From NCBI GenBank assembly GCA_017454675.1, contig JAFTCN010000058.1, positions 3,185-67,184 of the forward strand: a stretch of DNA of 64,000 bases, in the 5' to 3' direction. The number at the start of each line of letters is the position of its first letter. The first letter of the stretch is position 1. The translations under genes were made by a program, and so were the position numbers. The notes below the pieces were generated by a model, which saw nothing but the letters and a program-made list of their open reading frames with translations, had not been told where the DNA came from and made no database searches. Below, piece by piece: positions 60,721 through 64,000 of the stretch. Origin of the DNA: Clostridia bacterium (GTDB lineage: Bacteria; Bacillota; Clostridia; Oscillospirales; CAG-272).

Positions 60721-62727
60721 TCAATAGAGTTTTGCTCCCGCGGGGATGCTGGGGTCGACAGTGAGAAGATGGAGCTTTTCTTCTTCATCTTCATGATGGA
60801 CGGCGGATATGAGCATGCCGCAGGAGTCGATGCCCATCATTTTGCGCGGCGGGAGGTTAAGGATCGCGATGCAGGTCTTTCCCACCAGTTCCTCCGGCTC
60901 GTAGAACGCGTGGATGCCGCTGAGGATGGTGCGGTCGGTCCCGGTTCCGTCGTCGAGCGTGAACCGGAGAAGCTTTTTGCTCTTCGGCACAGCCTCGCAC
61001 GCGAGCACCTTGACCGCTCTGAAGTCGGACTTCGAGAAAGTCTCAAAATCGACGAGATCCTCGAACAGAGGCTCAATCTTCACTTTCGAACGGTCGATCA
61101 CGCACTCGGGAGCGGCGTCCTCCGCGGCGGAGGCAGGCGCGTTTTCCGCTGCCGCCCGCTGCTCGTCAGGCTTTCCCTGTGTGTCGGAGTCGGTGTTCTT
61201 CATAGTCGGGAAGAGAAGGACGTCGCGGATCGACGGGCTGTCGGTCAGCAGCATCACGAGTCTGTCCACGCCGAATCCGAGACCGCCCGTCGGCGGCATG
61301 CCGTATTCAAGCGCTGTGATGAAGTCGTAGTCGACCTTCGCTTTCGACGCCGGATCGGCCGCCAGTCTGTCGGCCACCTGGCGCTCCATACGCTCGCGCT
61401 GGTCGAGCGGGTCGTTGAGTTCCGAGAAGGCGTTGCCGAACTCGGTGGCGCAGATGAAATACTCGAAGCGCTCGGTGAATTCGGGGTCGTCAGGCTTGCG
61501 CTTGGCTAGCGGGCTGATATCGACGGGATAGTCGTAAATGAATGTGGGCTGGATCAGCTTGTCCTCGACGAACTTATCGAAGAATTCCGCCAGTATCGCG
61601 CCCTTCGTATGCTTTTCGGGCAGCTCGACGCCGTATTTCGCGGCGCAAGCGACGGCGTCTGCGTCGGTCTCCCAGGAGCGGTAATCGACTCCGGAATATT
61701 TTTTCACGGCCTCGATCATCGTCATGCGCTCCCACTTTCCGAGCTCGATCGTCTCGCCCTGGTAGGGGACCGCGGTGCTTCCGCAGACCTTCTTCGCGAC
61801 GGTCTTCATCATCTCCTCGACGAGGTCCATGATGCCGCGGAAGTCGGTGTATGCCTGGTAAAGCTCGATCGACGTGAACTCGGGGTTGTGCTTCGGGTCC
61901 ATTCCCTCGTTGCGGAAGATGCGTCCGACCTCGTAGACCTTGTCCATGCCGCCGACGATCAGCCGCTTGAGGTAGAGCTCGGTCTCGATTCGCAGGACCA
62001 TGTCCATGTCGAGCGTGTTGTGATGCGTGTAGAAGGGCCTGGCGGACGCTCCGATCTCGAAGGGGGTGAGGATGGGCGTGTCCACCTCAAGGAAGCCTTT
62101 CGCGTCGAGGAAGGCCCGCAGTTCGCGCAGAATGGCGCTCCTTCTGACGAAGGTGTCCTTGACTTCGGGATTGACGATCAGGTCGACGTATCTCTGTCTG
62201 TATCGCTGCTCCTGATTCGTGAATCCGTGGAACTTTTCGGGAAGCGGACGCAGTGCCTTGGCGAGAAGAGTGAGCTTTTCGGCGTGCACCGACGGCTCGC
62301 CCGTCTTCGTTACGAAGACCGTGCCTTCGATGCCGACTATGTCTCCCACGTCGTACTTTTTGAATGAGGCGTATCCGTCGGTCCCGACGCTGTCGCGCGC
62401 GACATACGCCTGCACTGTGCCGGCTCTGTCGCGTATGTGGCAGAACGACGCCTTGCCCATTACGCGCTTCGACATGATGCGCCCGGCTATCGAGACGGAT
62501 GCTCCGCCCAGAGTGCGGAATGCGCCGGTCTCAGGGTCGTAGTCGTTTCTTATGTCGGTGCTGACGGTGTCTGCGTCGTATCCCGTGATCTTAAAGGGAT
62601 CGCAGCCCGAATCCTTCAGTTCGTCGAGCTTGAGTCTTCTGGCCTCCGCCTCATTTGAGGGAAGCGAAAGCGGAGAAGAGGCAGCCGCGGAGCCGGTCAT
62701 TTCTTCATTTTCTGCCATTTGAATCAT
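60721..62727 (-). CDS. lysS: Lysine--tRNA ligase (class II) fused to a C-terminal Trbp111/EMAPII-like tRNA-binding domain
   Basis: OB anticodon-binding region (ASVSIAGRIMSKRVMGKASFCHIRD). Class II motifs are present (FRNEGMD..HNPEFT, YGMPPTGGLGFGVDRLVM). C-terminal tRNA-binding block: FSKSDFRAVKVLACEAVPKSKKLLRFTLDDGT...ILSGI...YEPEELVGK...ILNLPPRKMMGIDSCGML. Confidence 0.9.
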   Translation of the reverse strand: MIQMAENEEMTGSAAASSPLSLPSNEAEARRLKLDELKDSGCDPFKITGYDADTVSTDIRNDYDPETGAFRTLGGASVSIAGRIMSKRVMGKASFCHIRDRAGTVQAYVARDSVGTDGYASFKKYDVGDIVGIEGTVFVTKTGEPSVHAEKLTLLAKALRPLPEKFHGFTNQEQRYRQRYVDLIVNPEVKDTFVRRSAILRELRAFLDAKGFLEVDTPILTPFEIGASARPFYTHHNTLDMDMVLRIETELYLKRLIVGGMDKVYEVGRIFRNEGMDPKHNPEFTSIELYQAYTDFRGIMDLVEEMMKTVAKKVCGSTAVPYQGETIELGKWERMTMIEAVKKYSGVDYRSWETDADAVACAAKYGVELPEKHTKGAILAEFFDKFVEDKLIQPTFIYDYPVDISPLAKRKPDDPEFTERFEYFICATEFGNAFSELNDPLDQRERMERQVADRLAADPASKAKVDYDFITALEYGMPPTGGLGFGVDRLVMLLTDSPSIRDVLLFPTMKNTDSDTQGKPDEQRAAAENAPASAAEDAAPECVIDRSKVKIEPLFEDLVDFETFSKSDFRAVKVLACEAVPKSKKLLRFTLDDGTGTDRTILSGIHAFYEPEELVGKTCIAILNLPPRKMMGIDSCGMLISAVHHEDEEEKLHLLTVDPSIPAGAKLY

Positions 62728-63230
62728 TCCGCCCTGTTTTCCCGGTCCACACCGATTATCTTCAGGTCGTACGACTTGATGATATCGCCTTTTGTGTTCT
62801 CCACGACCACCGTCACGGTGTCGCCTGCCCTGTGTCCGGAGAGCGCCCTGCCGATCGGCGAGAGGTTGGAGATGCGGTTCTCCTCAGAATTCACTTCGTT
62901 CGAGCTCACTATTACGTATTCTTCTTCTTCATCGTAATCGAAGTCGCGGACCCTGACCCTCGAACCGACCGATACGATCCCGTGGTCCATCGCGGCCTCG
63001 TCGAGTATCTCGGCGTTGTGGAGCTTTTCCTCGAGTTCCTTTATCTCTGCCTCCACCTTCGCCTGTTCGGTCCTCGCCTCGTCGTATTCGGCGTTCTCGG
63101 AAAGGTCTCCGAACCCGCGGGCGACTTCGATCTCGTGGATCACTTCGCCTCTTCTGGTGTTTTTCAGGTATTCCAGCCTGTGAACGAGGCTGTCGTACGC
63201 TTCCTTTGAATAAACCTGCTTCTCAGCCAT
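62724..63230 (-). CDS. greA: Transcription elongation factor GreA
   Basis: GDLSENAEYDEARTEQAKVEAEIKELE (coiled-coil tip) and a C-terminal PIGRALSGHRAGDTV. Its stop codon overlaps the lysS start. Confidence 0.9.
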   Translation of the reverse strand: MAEKQVYSKEAYDSLVHRLEYLKNTRRGEVIHEIEVARGFGDLSENAEYDEARTEQAKVEAEIKELEEKLHNAEILDEAAMDHGIVSVGSRVRVRDFDYDEEEEYVIVSSNEVNSEENRISNLSPIGRALSGHRAGDTVTVVVENTKGDIIKSYDLKIIGVDRENRAE

Positions 63231-63281
63231 GTCAGTGTTATCCTTCCAAAAAAATGTTTTTAGTATGCTGTCGCCCGGGGA

Positions 63282-64000
63282 TCAGTGCCCCGGCGCAAGG
63301 CGGTCGAGCGCCGCTGTGAGCTGTACATCGTCCTTGTCGGCGATGTCGAAAATGTTTTTCGATCTCATGTATTCGGACGGCTCGACTGCGAGATCCGGCT
63401 CTATGCCGATCCCGTCATATCCCTCCGAGAGGGGCGGGAAGTACATCTTGGTGGTGAACTTCAGACCGCCGGGGAATCCGTAGAACGCGAGATTGAAGAC
63501 CGACTGCATGCTGCCTTTTCCGAAGGTCTTCTCTCCGACGATCAGCGAGATGCCGTAGTCCTTGAGAGACGACGTGAAGAGTTCGGCGGCGCTGGCGGTG
63601 CTGCCGTTCGCGAGGACGGCGGAATGCCCTATCGCGGCTTCGCGGTACTTGCCGATGTCCTCTGCGCTCACGCTGCAGCCCTCATAGTTGCCGGTAAGTG
63701 TCACAGGTGCGACTGTAGTCTTCTCCTCGCTGCCGGAGCGGTCGACCGTGCGTATGACGGTGTCGCCCTCGCGCAAGAAGAAGCTGAGTACGGCGGTGAT
63801 CGACGCGAGATCTCCGCCCGGGTTGTATCTGACGTCGAATACGAAGTATCCGCAGCCGGCGGCGATGAGTTCGTCCATCGCCTTTTCGAACATGACCGGC
63901 GTCGTCAGGTCGAATCCCGTTATCTTTATGACTCCGGCCTTCTGTCCGTTCACGGAGAGGTCGCTCACGCGGTACATGACGGACGTGGTCGTGAAGTGGT
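63282..64000 (-). CDS. S41 family C-terminal processing peptidase (partial; the N-terminus lies beyond the window)
   Basis: VLANGSTASAAELF (catalytic Ser block) and GEKTFGKGSMQ (Lys block). The frame is open to the window edge. Confidence 0.85.
   Translation of the reverse strand, partial: HFTTTSVMYRVSDLSVNGQKAGVIKITGFDLTTPVMFEKAMDELIAAGCGYFVFDVRYNPGGDLASITAVLSFFLREGDTVIRTVDRSGSEEKTTVAPVTLTGNYEGCSVSAEDIGKYREAAIGHSAVLANGSTASAAELFTSSLKDYGISLIVGEKTFGKGSMQSVFNLAFYGFPGGLKFTTKMYFPPLSEGYDGIGIEPDLAVEPSEYMRSKNIFDIADKDDVQLTAALDRLAPGH

Overview
GC-rich chromosomal segment with short AT-rich intergenic spacers, which looks Firmicutes/Clostridia-like: AddAB rather than RecBCD, IreB/UPF0297, class B sortase, AGGAGG ribosome-binding sites and many TTGACA-17-TATAAT promoters. 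I support about 50 genes, mostly housekeeping or carbohydrate-related. These include a SufC/SufBD-like pair, addA/addB, queG, an htrA + OmpR-type two-component system + srtB block, a GT2, mscL, comEC, acpP, ribF, ireB, GH116, a C69 dipeptidase, lysS, greA and an S41 protease that runs off the 3' edge. There are three tRNA genes (CAT anticodon, Leu-GAG, Leu-CAG). I saw no rRNA, CRISPR array, transposase or integrase. The stand-out feature is a three-gene operon at about 41.5-47.4 kb. It encodes a TerB-N/TerB-C protein, a DUF2791-like P-loop ATPase and a DEXH helicase, behind a consensus promoter. This matches the TerB-ATPase-helicase triad reported as the Shango anti-phage system, whose mechanism is unknown. 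Here an orphan DgoK-like ASKHA kinase gene is joined to the helicase by an ATGA stop/start overlap. Other points of interest are listed below. (1) Two otherwise intact genes, an Fe-alcohol dehydrogenase and a heparinase II/III-like gene, are each interrupted by a single in-frame TAG. (2) There is an unexplained TIM-like / YjbQ / Cys-rich SIS / YjbQ operon. (3) ComEC has a degenerate C-terminal metallo-beta-lactamase (MBL) domain and sits next to a divergent stand-alone canonical MBL gene. (4) LysRS is fused to a Trbp111-like tRNA-binding domain. Many long ORFs in the track are antisense artefacts of GC-rich coding DNA and were rejected. All family assignments come from motif recognition by eye; no searches were run.
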